A stretch of DNA of 64,000 nt from an uncultured Verrucomicrobiae bacterium (GTDB taxonomy: Bacteria > Verrucomicrobiota > Verrucomicrobiia > Chthoniobacterales > Chthoniobacteraceae), in the NCBI GenBank assembly GCA_963836755.1, contig CAWIKF010000002.1:32001-96000 (forward strand). Reading direction: 5' to 3'. The notes beneath the pieces were generated by a model. That model did no database searches. It saw only the letters and a program-made list of their open reading frames with translations, and had not been told where the DNA came from. Shown here piece by piece: positions 63,409-64,000 of this stretch; positions within the stretch are counted from its first letter, which is position 1; every line of letters begins with the position of its first letter. The position numbers and the translations under genes are program-made.

Positions 63409-64000
63409 TCAGAGCTGGAGGCGGGAGAAAAGTTCGTCGAGGGGGAGCTGGAGGCCGAGGTAGAATTCGCCGAAATCGGCGTAGTCGGCGCTGACGGGGT
63501 CGAAGCGCATCTCGTAGACGATGGCTTTGATGTCGAAGGGGTCGTGCGCGAAGAGGGTGACGCCCCATTCGTGGTCGTCGAGGCCGGTGGAGCCGGTGAT
63601 GAGCTGGAGGATTTTGCCGTGGTATTTGCGGCCGACGCGGGCGTGGCCGGACATGAGTTTTTTGCGCGCGGGGAAGTCGAGGCCATACCAGTTTTGCCCG
63701 GGTGCGCGGCGTTTGGACATGGGGTAGAAGCTGAAGACCGGCCATGCGGGGAGGTTCGGGTAAAGTTTGTCGCGGTTGTATTTGGCCATTCTCGCGGTGA
63801 AGGCGGTCAGTTTTTCCTGAAACTCGGGCGTGCCGGGGGTCAAATTTTCCTCGGTCTCGAGGGTGCGGGCGTATTCGGCGTCGCTGGTGGTGTATTCGCT
63901 GAGCTCGGTGAGGGAGAGGGAGGAGAAGACGGGTGTGAGGACATCGGCGCCGAGGGAGAGGGCGAGTTTTTTCTCGATGGTATTGGCGGTGTGGAGGTCG
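63409..64000 (-). CDS. hemQ: Coproheme decarboxylase / chlorite dismutase family (3' part; start outside window)
   Basis: Frame open to the window edge; TELSEY, FYPMSKRR, NWY, HARVGRKY, STGLDDHEWGVTL and MRFD motifs. Confidence 0.88.
   Translation of the reverse strand, partial: DLHTANTIEKKLALSLGADVLTPVFSSLSLTELSEYTTSDAEYARTLETEENLTPGTPEFQEKLTAFTARMAKYNRDKLYPNLPAWPVFSFYPMSKRRAPGQNWYGLDFPARKKLMSGHARVGRKYHGKILQLITGSTGLDDHEWGVTLFAHDPFDIKAIVYEMRFDPVSADYADFGEFYLGLQLPLDELFSRLQL

Overview
Chromosomal window from a GC-rich bacterium, most likely Verrucomicrobiota. The 16S gene contains an exact match to the Verrucomicrobia-directed probe EUB338-III (GCTGCCACCCGTAGGTGT, 45795-45812); a Chthoniobacterales/Spartobacteria affinity is my impression only. 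From left to right the window holds: a CarH/LitR-type regulator divergent from a C30 carotenoid operon (crtN, aldH, crtP, acyltransferase, crtQ; no crtM; two genes broken by +1 insertions); tRNA-Tyr; housekeeping genes; a type IV pilin with a sigma-54-type promoter, surrounded by three GT-C membrane glycosyltransferases (one TMTC-like) and a GT2-methyltransferase fusion; class II ribonucleotide reductase nrdJ with NrdR boxes; glgX, treZ and pyk; a sigma-70 factor; comM, rsmI, lptE, bamD and rlpA; a complete rRNA operon; emrAB; leuCD; and larE. An accessory island of about 6 kb lies between larE and hemQ. It carries decayed attC-bounded cassettes, a helical-repeat plus FN3-like orphan gene preceded by a 21-bp tandem array, and a GIY-YIG nuclease paired with a C5 methyltransferase. 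The most unusual signals are two degenerate 21-bp x ~10 arrays of different sequence: one upstream of the orphan gene, and one inserted in frame inside nrdJ between 7-bp direct repeats. The pilin/GT-C locus is the next best candidate system. All calls were made by eye from motifs; no database searches were run.
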